Of a stretch of 64,000 nucleotides of DNA, positions 23,701 to 36,700 are shown piece after piece. How positions within the stretch are numbered: the first letter of the stretch is position 1; every line of letters starts with the position of its first letter. The translations under genes and the position numbers were made by a program. This DNA comes from Octopus sinensis (lineage: Eukaryota), in contig NC_042999.1 in the NCBI RefSeq assembly GCF_006345805.1, forward strand, positions 69,564,001 through 69,628,000, read 5' to 3'. The notes under the pieces were generated by a model that searched no databases, was not told the DNA's origin, and worked only from the letters and a program-made list of their open reading frames with translations.

Positions 23701-25643
23701 ATTGTTGTTGTTATCATAATAATAAAAATAATAATAATCTCATTCATCGTAAAAATTTTCTTAGATTTAATTACTAGAATTATAAGACATTTATCACAGA
23801 AAATTCTACTGGATAAAATTTACAATATTCAAGATCGAGTAGACGCAAGTGGAAATGTGTAAAACTGGATTTTAAGTTTAATTCTATGAATAACATATTT
23901 GTGAATATTGAGGTTTTTTTTTGTTCATAAAGATTAAAAAAATAGAATACACATAATATGTATTAAATGTAATCAGGAAGAAATACAATGTATAAGAATG
24001 TATTAAATACAGCAGTGTTTGTGCAGAAGGGAGTCCTAATTTGCCCTTCTCTATGAGTATTATGATATGTTGTATAAAAAAAATTTTTTAAAAAAAGGAA
24101 GAAAAGGTGAATAAAACAGAATTAACTTTCAGAAGGCAAGTGTGGTAAAAAAAACAAAAATTAATTCTGAAATATAATTATACCAAGAAATTAATTACCT
24201 AACACTCACAAAAATAGTGAATGTGTGTGGTGATACATGATCATTACACGGTATTAGTATTCCATTAATGAAAGGCAATGCTTTGGCACAAAATAATTAT
24301 ATATTTAACCATTTTCTGATTTAAGCCTCTTGTGTGGAAGACAACATGAGAAAAAGTTGATACTTGATGTTTTCACGTGTAAAATATAGCAAATATTTCC
24401 TTCAGATATATTTTATTAATTTAAAAAAAAAAACAGAGAGGGGGGAGAAAATAAATAAAAATCTATGTTAAGATGCATTCAGTTTTTAAAAATATTTTCC
24501 ATATTTAATTTTTGTAGTTTTTGCAAGACATTTTCTCAAATAAGATTAGTTGTCTATCAAAATTGCAAGGAGAGAAAGAGAGAGAGAGAGAGTGCTAAAA
24601 TCAGTATCAAAATTAACTTTTTGTCATTAGAAATTATTATTCTTAATTTTGACACAAGGCCAGCAAGTTTTAAGGGAGGGAGTAAGTCGATTATGTCGAC
24701 CCCAGTATTTGACTAGTATTATTTTAAAGACCTTGAAAGGACGAAAGGCAAAGTCTACCGCAGCAGAATTTGAACTCACAATGTAAAGAGATATGGAGAA
24801 ATGCTGCTAAGATTTTGTCTGACATGCTAATATTTCTGCCAGCTTGCTGCCTTAATGGTTTCAAATTTTGGTACAAAGCCATCAATTATGGGAGCTGGGG
24901 TGAGTTGATTACACTGACTCCAGTCTTTCCCAGGTACTTATTTTAATTGATCCTGAAAGGATGAAAGGCAAAGTCAACTCTGGCAGAATTTGAATTTTGA
25001 ATTCTTGCCCAATGTGCTAACGATTCTGCCAGCTTGCCACCTTAGGATGAAGAATATTAATAAATTTATAAATCAATCCTTCAAGGCAAAAAAAAAAAAA
25101 AAATTAAAATAACAATAAAAGAATTAATGGTTGCATGACTCCAAATATATTCCTATATTGGAAATAATGAAAGTTGAAAAAAGGGATTTTAAAACAGCTA
25201 AAATGTAGGAAGCCACCAGAAATAGATAAATCTATAACCAAAATTGAATAGAAATTAGGCGTTATTTAAAACCCGACACTAATTATGATTAAGTCCACTG
25301 AAAATTAATCTTCATAAATATTCTGGAGCACCATTACAGAGATTTAAACATTAAAAAAATTTAAGATATATATTATATATATATTATATATATATATATA
25401 TAATATATATATATATAGATTGACAGAACACGCCTGTATTACTAGAATAAATCGATATTCATTAAGTAAATGCTTAATATAGTTTCATCTATTAATATTC
25501 ATTGGAGAAAATTAGACAGCTTTCTTAAAAGTAACAAATTGTATTTTTTTTTTTGCTTGCAGTTATGTTGAACTCTTAGCAAAAGATTTCTGTCTAAACA
25601 GACAATATTGATCCAGTTTCTTTGGCAAGATCTTTGTAGTTAC

Positions 25644-25896
25644 CTTTTGTGATATATAGATAGAAGAAGTCACAGTAAAGTATAGTCTGCACACATCCAG
25701 AAACAACAGCAATGAGATCAAAGAATCCCTCGAAGTAGTAACGATAAATCCAGTTTAGGATGTACAGGAAGCGATAGCTTCCCAGAGCAAACAGGTAGTG
25801 GCTGGTAATACTCTCAGCTTCGCCAGTCTTGCTCACCATGAACAACTGAGGCAAAATTGCTACAGATTCCAAGTAAATAGAGAAGGTCCACAAAAT
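25644..25896 (-). CDS. KDELR: KDEL receptor coding exon 3
   Basis: ttccag|ATT TTG TGG ... ACA AAA G|gtaact, 253 nt. Encodes [19 protein letters not shown]...[22 protein letters not shown]...[15 protein letters not shown], containing the ERD2 signature and E127, R169, D193. Confidence 0.97.
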
Positions 25897-26905
25897 CTGG
25901 AAAAAAAAGAAGAAAAGAAAAAAAAGGATAAAATGAAGCATTGATAAAGAAGCTGAGGAATTCAGTATATATATATATGTATATATATATATGCCAAGTG
26001 TATACAGATGTAGATTATTAATTTACATTGGGTCATCCCATAAATAATGCGATTTTTCTAACTGCATGAACAAAAAGTTGGATGGGGATGGGATAAATAA
26101 TTAGCACAAGGTCAGCACTTTTAATGGGAGGAGGTGTTAGTCGATTTCATTAACTCCAGTACTTGATGTTACTACAATTTATTAGCTCCGGAGGAATGAA
26201 AGACAAAGATGATCTCAGAAGGATTCGAACTCAGATTGTAGCAAGCCTGAAGGAATACTGCAAAGCATTTCTTCCAATATGGTATTTCCTGCAACTCATT
26301 ACATTATAAGTTCAAATCCTGTCAAGGCCATCTTTGCCTTTTGTCCCTCTGAGCTTGATTTTTATCAAGTGCCAGTCAAGTACTGGGGTTGATGACATTG
26401 ACTAAACGCCTCCCCTTAAAACTACTGGCACAAGGCCAAAATATGAAACCATTTATCATCATCATCATCATCATTTAATGTGTTTTACATGCTGGCAAAG
26501 GGTAGATAGTTTGACAGGTGCCGGTAAGCCAGGGAGCTGCACAGGCCCCAATTGTCTGTTTTGGCAGGGTTACAGTGGCTGAATGCCCTTCTCAATGCTA
26601 GAGTGTACTGCATGCTTTTTACATAGCACCAGTATGAGAGCTTTTATGTGGCACCAAATCTTTCTACTTAATAGCTGTAAGGCCTGAAATCTGTGAAGAG
26701 GGAAACAGTTGATTACATCGACCCCAGTACTCAACAGGTACCTATTTTATTGACCCCAAAAGGATGAAAGGCAAATCAACCTCGGTGAAATTTGAACCCA
26801 GAATGTAAAGACATGAAAAGCCACTAACCATTTTGTCCAACATGCTAGCAAATAACAACAAACATAGAAATACAGTATTTAAAACTAGATAAATGGTGTA
26901 CGTAC

Positions 26906-27165
26906 CTCTAATAGAGTGAATTCAGAGTTGACCAAAACGGAAAGGCCACCAACAGGGACGACCAAAAACTCTGCTCGAAACGTGTCATGGTTGCTGTCAT
27001 AGGTTGCCTTAAACTTGTAGTAGATGAGGAAGACAGTGAAATAGGAGGAAGCAATGAAGAATGCCTTCATTATTGTATTATAGAAAGATATGAAGGATGT
27101 GAACAGATCTAAGTAACGAGTTGTGAAGACCAAAGCAAACAACACTTGGCTTTTGCCAGATATAC
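26906..27165 (-). CDS. KDELR: KDEL receptor coding exon 2
   Basis: ttcag|GT ATA TCT GGC ... TTA GAG|gtacgt, 260 nt. Encodes [34 protein letters not shown]...[28 protein letters not shown]; phases match the flanking exons. Confidence 0.97.
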
Positions 27166-27343
27166 CTGAAAAAATAGAGATAGAAATACATGAAATATAT
27201 CTCAGGTATTTATTTATATATACACACACATTCATTATTTATAATATACAAGCAATGCGTCCCAGCGCTGCCCGGGTGTTACGTCCAACAGCCACAGCTG
27301 ATATATACACACATAAACTCCCTTTTATACGTATGTATATGTA

Positions 27344-27375
<32 letters not shown>

Positions 27376-27469
27376 CTGATTGAAAGCAATATCAATAAAT
27401 AAGCAATACCTTTGATGATGATGATGATTGGACTGAGTAGTTTGAAACCTAAAGAGTTTAATGTGTATG

Positions 27470-27510
<41 letters not shown>

Positions 27511-27512
<2 letters not shown>

Positions 27513-27835
27513 TTATTAATCCGAGGGGAGGCAATGTAACCAGCAACTAAAGGAACATTACAAAATCCATATATATATAAATTACAAACTACAAAGTTAT
27601 ATCTTGAGATTGCTAGTGACAACAACACTCAAAATATATATATGTTTTTTGATTTTAAGCATAAATTTAATGTGTTATATATGCAACATTGATTCTTATA
27701 TATTTATATATTTTTAAACATCGGACTCTATATCTGTTCTGTAGATATAAATGAATATATGTGTTTGATCTTTCTGTGGATTTTGTAATGTTCCTTTAGT
27801 TGCTGCTCACATTGCCTCCCTTTGGATTAATAAGT
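27511..27835. mobile_element. MITE with 59-bp TIRs inserted in (TA)n
   Basis: acttattaatccgaggggaggcaatgtaaccagcaactaaaggaacattacaaaatcca (27511-27569) is inverted at 27777-27835 with about 5 mismatches; (TA)n on both sides. Confidence 0.8.
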
Positions 27836-28149
27836 ATATATATATATATATATATATATGCCGTTTCGGGGCCGACCTCTCGACGGCATCAATGCGTACT
27901 GCCTCCCCCTCCTCACTGATATGAGGCCCTGCTTGCTGGTTACGGAAGAAAACTGTCCAGTACCAGTGTCGTAATTGCTAGGTCATATGAATTCTCTTCT
28001 GGTTCTAACAATTTCTGTGCTTTTAAGCATTAGACATCTATACAGAATGCTACTGGCAATCCAGGTACCAGGTTATTTTTTTTCCTAAATCAGTGGAAGC
28101 AGGGCTTGGCTAGTATATAGTGATAGTGAATACGTGATGAAGTGCAAAC

Positions 28150-28545
28150 ATGCAGAGATGACAGGATCTAGCTGTTCCACCACCTGTGATGGACAATTTT
28201 CATCTGCTACTGATATTTCTCTGCTTTTAAACACTAAATGCCTTCATAAGAGGTTTTCTCAAGATGAATACTACAGCATTACAGCATCCTTACAATACAT
28301 CTATGTTAAGTAAGATATGAAGATTGCTATACAGTAGTACTAATACTGCATCCATCACTAATATCTAATACACACACATCTCCTCGAGAACCTCATATCA
28401 CCAGACATCCCAATATTTTGTCATCTCCCTCATGAGGTTCAGGGTCCTAAGATCAGCTTTCATCACTTTGTCCCACGTCCAAGTCTTCTTGGGTCACCCT
28501 CTTCTACAAGCTCCAATCACCTTTAGCAACTGATGTTTTAATCAC
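28150..28545 (-). mobile_element. Decayed RTE-like LINE fragment
   Basis: Minus strand agagggtgacccaagaagacttgg...gtgatgaaagctgatcttagg resembles the RTE GRPKKTW..VMKADL motif; several stops. Confidence 0.5.
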
Positions 28546-29509
28546 ACACATATATATAATAATCATATACTGAAAATATTAGTCTCATATTTTAAGATCA
28601 ATTCTCAAATTTTGACAAGTAAAACTTAATTATATAAGACACTCAGAAGAAAAAAATGAATTATATGGAAATATTTCATTTCTCACTCATAACAAAAAGA
28701 TCTCACATAGCAATAATAAAGCAAAAAAAATCAAATTATAAACCCTTAGCGGTTCTCTCCCCTTAAAGAGAAATTCCATCTTCCCCTTTATTTCTTAGTA
28801 AACCCTCTTTCTCTCCCGTTCTTACTTTGAAAGCAACTGTAGGTGACAGCACTAACAGTTGCCAGTCAAATTTCCCACGTGTGAATTATGTGAATATACT
28901 TACGGTAATTATAAAAGTAACAGACTAATAAGAGAGGGAAATAAAATCAATTGTGAATCTTCAGAAAACTAAAATAATTAGTCTTACAAACCACAAATGG
29001 TTTAAGGTATCTTTAAAAAGACAAACAGTAAATATAATCAAAAATGAATATTTCTTTATATGAATCAATAGTCTTATTGTCATCATCATTGTTTTAACGG
29101 CCACTTTTCCATGTTAGCATGGGTCAGATGGAGTTTTTCTATGGCTGGAAGTCCTTTCATCAACTGTCATCTTTTACTAAGCGAAGTAATATCTCCTCAT
29201 GATTGGAAACACTAGTGTAGCTAGAGTGTGTGCTGCCCAGAGCAGCCCTTCCGTTTGCCACCCCAACCATAGAAATCATGCCAAAGCCAACATTTGAGCT
29301 CTGCACAGCCCTGTAGTGAGTCTAGGATATTTACTCCACCCAAGGACAACAGATGAGGATTTAAAACTTCTTACTATATTAGAGGGGGGAGGTAATTGTC
29401 CTATGGGGTAGTTGTCGTTGGGGGAATTTTCCTATGGGGTTTAATTGTCCTGAAACACCTGTGGCACACCAGATTCTTTCAAACTGTCCAACTCACGTTA
29501 GCGTGTAAA

Positions 29510-29870
29510 AAGGAAATGTGAAGGTGGAGGTATTGTTTTCAGTCATGTTTGTTTGTTTGTCTGAGGACAAGATATCTCAAGAACTGCTGGATGGATTTGG
29601 ATGAAACTTTCAGGGATGTTTGGCCTCGTGACTGGCACGAACTGATTAGATTTCGGGACTGATCTGGTACCGGACAAGGATTCTGGATTATTTTTCCTGT
29701 TTTTTTACTTAATTTTCGAGAGCAGTCAGGTTCATTTTTAGTATTCTTGTTTGTGAGCGCAATCAAGTTTATCTCAGATATTCCTATTTTAAAAATCATC
29801 TCCAGCTAATCGTTGAGAGGACGCTGGTGTTGGCCTTGGCAGAGGTTTGCACTCCCTGAGTGCTCTTGTT
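29510..29870 (+). mobile_element. Helentron/HINE-like element, second copy
   Basis: Same sequence family as 5368-5697. Confidence 0.55.
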
Positions 29871-30683
29871 TCCATTTGTCTTTAAGTCATTTAAATTGAT
29901 TTTCCTATCTCAGAGCAGCTAATTTACCAAATTAAATATTTTAAACAAATATTAATCAAACTGCCAGAGGCAAGTATGGCTATATGGTTAAGAAATCTGC
30001 TTTGCAACTCTATTGCTTTAGTTTCTGCCACACTGTGTGGCACCTTGGCTGTCTTTTACTTGAACCCCAGGGTAGGAAAAGCCTTATGAGTTAATCTGGT
30101 GGAAGGAAACTGTGTGGAGACCTGTTGTATGTTCATTCATTAGTTCAGTTTATGACAGTTTTTCCATGCAAGCATGGGTTGGATTAGTATTCTATTAAAG
30201 CATTGATTTACAGCTGAATACGTTTCCTGTCATTAGATCTTATCTTTTTTTTTTTTTTAGTAAGGACTTTCTTATTCCACAAGACATTGAAAATGAAAAG
30301 CCAACTAAATATTCAACAAAAGAAATGACAACAATATCACTGCTGGAAGCTCACAGAGTTTTGGAGAAACACCAACGTAAGCACAAAGACATGTGTATGC
30401 ACACATGCACACACACACAAACTTTTCTCAGTTTCTGTTTACCAAATCTACTCACAAAGGGGCTATAGTAGAAGAACTTGTCCAAGGCACCCGACAACAA
30501 GACTGAACCTAGACCACATAGTTGGGAAGCCTGCACCTACACATAGGTGCCAGGAAGAATGTCCAGCCACAGAAACCATGCCAAAGGAGACACTGGAACA
30601 CACTATAGTCATTGGATCATGTCAAACCATCCAACCCATGCTAGCATGGGTATTGAAGGATGCTATATACACATACCCTTTTA

Positions 30684-30719
<36 letters not shown>

Positions 30720-33700
30720 ATGTATCTGCAGGAATGCTTATATAGAACTGCTAAGCTACAGATGGTTTGTTGACATTTTCTCTGTCAACAACTCATCCAG
30801 TAGTTCCACACTTTCAAAAATGACTAACTAAAACTTCCTTAATTGAAAAATAGGTAAGGGTTTGATACAGGAAGGCCATCTAGATGTAAATTAATAACAT
30901 TTGTTCATCTAACCTGTGTCAGTATGTGAAAACAGGTGTAAAACAAACACTAAAACAGAGACAGAAATAACTTAGGGCCACCTGACTGGCTCCTGTGGCA
31001 TGTAAAAAGCACCCACTACACTCTCAGAGAGGTTGGCATTAGGAAGGGCATCCAGCTGCAGAAACATTGCCAGATCAGATTAGAGTCTGGTGCAGCTGCT
31101 GGCACTCCAGACCTCAGTCAAATTGTCCAACCCATGCCAGCATGGAAAACGGACATTAAACGATGATGATAATGATGAACATAAAAACAAACATTAATGT
31201 GTGTGTGTACCCTTGAACTTTGAACGTCCATTATCCTTCCAAACACTGTGTTTGAAGACAGAGAAAAACCCAATCCATACCAACATGGAAGAATAATTGA
31301 AAATAGAGAAAAAAAAAGAATATAGTTCTATTATATTTTGAACCAATTTTTTAAAATATTCTTTAAATGACCAAAAACAGTATTAATGATAATCAAATAT
31401 TTCAAATACCAAAGCTAGTATTGATATTGTTCAAATATTATGAATACCAAAAATGGTATTTATTTTATTTAAATAACATATTTACAATATTTAAACAAAA
31501 TAATATGGCATTAAACTCACAAGACCTTGTTAATCTGTCATAACCTACCAAATGAAAATTGGATTTGAGTCCATCACAATAAATGTTAGCACTTGTCATT
31601 TAGACAGTGCTCCCACTACCGATGTTGTGAATTGTATGATACCCCAACCTTGAGTTACCAATTGATACATCATATTCTTTAACCCTTTTGATACCAACCT
31701 GTCTGTGATTATCTCTGATTCTGATACAAGGTTCTTGTTTTAAAGTGATCTAAAATTTCCCATGACCAGACCAGTTTTTCATGGAAGACTGGAAATGAAC
31801 AACACTGCTTGTATGAAGGTGATACTTGTTTACAATCATCCCATGATATTGACAGGAATACACACACGCATACACGACAGGCTTCCACACGGTTTCTGTC
31901 AGGCAAATCCACTCACATGGTGTCAATCAGCTTGGGGCTGTGGTGGAAGACAATTGCCCAAGGTTCCATGCCATGGGACTGAACCCAAGATCACATGGAT
32001 ACCAAACTATTAGGAAAGCCTTTTTATAGCTCCTCAACTGTGGAAACTTAAGAACAGGGGCTGCAAAGACAAAGAGTACAACACCTAAAAAAAGTTAATG
32101 TGTGCATATCAATAAGCCTTGTGAATTTCATGAATTTCTTTCTCAAGACTTAAGATTGATTTTGAAGATGTTCTAATTATAATAAATTTATTAAAAAAAA
32201 AAAAACTTTTCTCATGACACTACCCAACCACTCCATATCTTTCTCACCACCTCCACCATGACTGTCATCTCCCCTTCCCTACCTATCATCCCCTGCCTCA
32301 CCCATTAACCGTTTCTTACTCTCCCATACACTTTTGCAATCTCCACCTCCTGGTTCTTTTCCCCCTACTCACTTCATCTCACCTTGGACCTTAATTTTTA
32401 ATCTCTTCCCCACTCAACTACAATCCTTCACTCTCTCTTCTAAAATGCAACCCCTCTACAAGATACTTGTTCCTCTCTGGTCCCTTCCCTCATACTTTAA
32501 CCCCTCATCTCCTAACTTAAAGCTGCATGGTGACCTCGTAAGTTAGCTGGCATGAACAAAAAGCACCCAGTAAACATCTAATTAATAACAATAAGAATTC
32601 TATATGCAATGTTTCAAAAACCATTAGCTCAAAGCAAATTTATAATTAGTAGCCTAATGGCAATTTGTAAACTATTTCAAAGATTTTGTACACAATTGAA
32701 CCAGCATTAAATTAAAATATCTGTGTTGCCAGAGCAGCTGACTGGCTTCTATGTCGGTGGCACGTAAAAAGCACCATTCAAGCGTGATCGTTACCAGTGT
32801 CGCTGGACTGGCTCCTGTGCAGGTGGTACATAAAAAACACCATTTGAGCACGGCCATAGCCAGTACTGCCTGACTGGTCCTCATGCCAGTGGCACATAAA
32901 ATGTGCCCTCTACACTCTCAGAGTGGTTGGCATTAGGAAGGGCATCCAGCTGTAGAAACTCTGCCAGATCAGATTGGAGCCTGGTGCAGCCATCTGGTTT
33001 GCTAGTCCTCAGTCAAATTGTCCAACCTATGTCAGCATGGAAAGCGGATGTGTACGATAAAGATGATGTGTACCATTTTTTCATATATACACTATTGAAA
33101 GGTATGATGCTGTGGGTTTTGTCCAAGAGGAAATCTCTTCATGGGCATGTTAGAAACATAATTATAAACTGGAAAGTGGCAAATATCATTTCAATTGCAT
33201 ACACTGAGTTTATTTCAGCCCAGCAGCTTTCTACAATATCAGTGAATGTATCATTCATTGTTTCCTATATATAGGAAGAACGAATTTTGTTTAGGCATGT
33301 AACAAGTAGGTACACATCATTGACAAGGCCCATCATCATCATTTAATGTCTGTTTTCCATGCTGGCACAGGTTGGACAGTTTGACAGGAGCTGCAAGGCT
33401 GGAAGTTGTATCAGGCCCCTTTGTTTGTTTGTTTGTTTTGGCATGGTTTCCACACCTGGATGCCTTTCCTAATGCTTTACAGAATGTTCTGGGTGCTTTT
33501 TACACAGCAACATCGCCAACAGGATCACTAAGTACATTGCAAGACAAAATGGTCAAATACGTCTGACAATCTTGTGAGTTATGTCTGGGACAACATTCAC
33601 TTTGCTGACATATATTGTATTTTTAAGACAGCATGAGAGATTTTCTCTCATACTGTGTTAAAATGACATTTTCTCTCAGTCATCAAGACAAAAACTACAA

Positions 33701-36700
33701 CATCAAACATTTCATTTCAAATTTATCTATACATTAAGTCTGATATACACAAGCAACTAGATTTAAAAAAAAAAAAAAGCAGCAATAACAAATATAATTT
33801 GTAGTGAATTATTTTTAGCAGGAAAAAACGTTTTTATGATTATCACATTTTAAATTAATCTTAAACAAATCTTGAGAAAGAAAACCATGAAATTCACAGG
33901 ACCTGTTAAGAAGCACAACATATGAATTATCAGAAACTGGCAACAGTTTGCAGAGAAGGGGAGAAAGGTAGCTATAATAGCAAGTTGGCTGATAACTTAC
34001 TATTCAAAACAACAGCTTGTGTATGAGTTAATCCTGATCTGGCCTATCATGTATATTACTGACCTATACAGGTTATTAGATTGATAACCTTGTGAATAAA
34101 TATTTCACAGTAAAATGTTATCAAAGCAATTCTCTTCTCATACACTCTCTAACCATGGACAACACAAAGTGTTTCTAATTACATCTGTCACATCTCTGAT
34201 GATCTCCCCTGATAATCCCACATCTATAAGAGCACTCTCCAAACACAAAACTCCCTCAAAAACTAGTATTCTTCTTTAGGCTCTGTTATTGATCCTTTAA
34301 AAACTTCATGTTAAATTGACATTTGAGTACTGCTGCACACATTTACGCAACTCTGCTGGTGCTACACTCACAGCTTACAGATTCTCCACACTGAATCCAA
34401 AACAAAACCATTTTATTGACTGAGACACATGTCAATCACTATCATCTCTCTACCAATACTTATTTCTTTACTTCATCTCTCTACCAATACTATAATGGCT
34501 CAGGCTCAGCTGAACTGACTAGCAGCATTCTCTTACAGCCAAACTGACCTGTCCCACTTCTCTTGTATCTCGCCTATTACATAACACATTAAACACTTCT
34601 ACCTTCCTCCACAGAACGTCCCTCCAGAATTCCTACGTATCTGTGCTTTTTGAATAGATCTTGAACCTGTTCTTCAACAACATGTGTCTCACCAGTCTCA
34701 AGGGGCAGTAAAAGTCATGGGAGGAAGTGCCCCCTTTTCTCCCCTAACTTATAAAGCCAATAATCCCTAAACGGTTTAGATGACTTGGAAACTAGGACTA
34801 GATATATTGGAGACATATTCATCTCAGATCTCCTAAATTAATAGAAGGGGGCACTAACAAGGGGATATTATATGAGGTTAATATATGAAAGCTGGCAGAA
34901 TCATTAGCACGCTGGGCAAAATGCTTAGTGGAATTTTGTCCATTTGTACATTCTGAGTTCAAATTCTGCTGAGGTTGACTTTGCCTCTGACCCTTTAAGG
35001 GGTTATTAAAATAGGAACATTGGGGTTGATATAAATAACTTACTCTTCCCCTAAAATTGCTGGCCTTGAGCCAAAAGTCGAAACATCGTTTAATGTCCGT
35101 TTTGCATGCTGGCATGGGTTGGACGGTTTGACTGAGGTCTGGAGAGCCAAGAGACTGCACCAGGCTCCAATCCGATCTGGCGAGGTTTCTACAGCTAGTT
35201 GCCCTTCCTAATGCCAACCACTCTGAGAATGTCGCGGGTGCTTTTTACGTGCCACTGGCACAGGAACCAGTCAGGAGAGGGTCTCTGGGGGCACTGGTAT
35301 TGGCCACGTTTGGATAGTGCCTTTTGCGTGCCACCGGCACAGGAGCCAGTTACGGGTTACTGACATCAATCACATTTGGATAGTGCTTTTTACATGCCAC
35401 TAGCATGGTAGTCAGTCAGGGGATACTGGCATCAGCCACATTCAGATGGTGCTTTTTACGCGCCACCAGTACAGGAACCAGTCAGGCAGCCCTGGCATCA
35501 ATAATGAAACCAATATATAAAAGAGTTTATTATATGTAATAGTTAATATATAATGTATAACAGTGTTTGCTCAATATTAAATATCTGAGCGAGAAGTAAA
35601 CAGTAGTAGCACAGAATCGTGAAATATATTTGCTAAAACTGGCGGTCCCATAGAGGACAATGCTACTGTTGTTTTTAGCCCCAGGAGGACATCTCGGAGT
35701 TAAAGTCAACAGTAGCATCGTCCTCTATAGGACTGCCACATTTAGTTGGCAAATATATTTCAAGAGTGTTTACTCACTTCTAAATTTAGAATTATATATT
35801 AACTTTGGGCAAATATATTACAGGGAATTTTAGAAATACATGTAGCCGATACTGGTATCATGTAACAGGCACCCATGCTGGTGGCACATAAAAAGCACCA
35901 TTCAAGCGCTGGGCCTCATGGAGGCGATGTGGCTGATGCTGGTGGAACACAAAAGCACCCTTTACACTCTCGGAGTCGTTGGCATTAGGAAGGGCATCCA
36001 GCTGTAGAAACTATGCCAAACCAGACTGATGCAGCCCCACAGCTTACAAGCCCTGGTCAAACCATCCAACCGATATCAGCATGGACAGCGGGCGCTAAAT
36101 GATGATGATGATGATAGAAATGTTACTTGACAGGGTGTGTCTCAGAGATCAAGGAGTCTCTCCAGATCAAGCTGCTATTTCTAGCATTGAGAGATCACTG
36201 CACCTTTACTATGGACATGTGATTAGAATGTAGGAGAGAACTGCCAAATAGATTCTTCAAGCCAAGCCAACCAGCAGGAGGCCTAAGGTAGACCAAGAAT
36301 GAGCTGGTTGGATAATATCCATAGTTAATGATTTGTGGTACTTTGTTATGCAAACATAATATACTATGAAGCAAGCTAAATGTTTTTATGTCTTGGCGTT
36401 AGGAAGGGCATCCAGCTGTAGAAACTTTGCCAAATTAGATTGGAGCCTGGTGTAGCCTTCTGGCGCGTCAGCCCTCAGTCAAACCGTCCAACCCATGCCA
36501 GCATGGAAAGCGGACGTTAAACGACGACGATGATGATGGTGATGAATATTACGTCCTACTGTCTCAGTAATGCTTCTTACATTATTTTAAGGTTGTTCTA
36601 TATAAGCACGTGTTTGAAAGCAATCATGGGTTAGGTGAGAGCTGATGAAGGGGCAACAACCCCTGTAATATGGCATATACACTCAATACCGATTTTTGTC

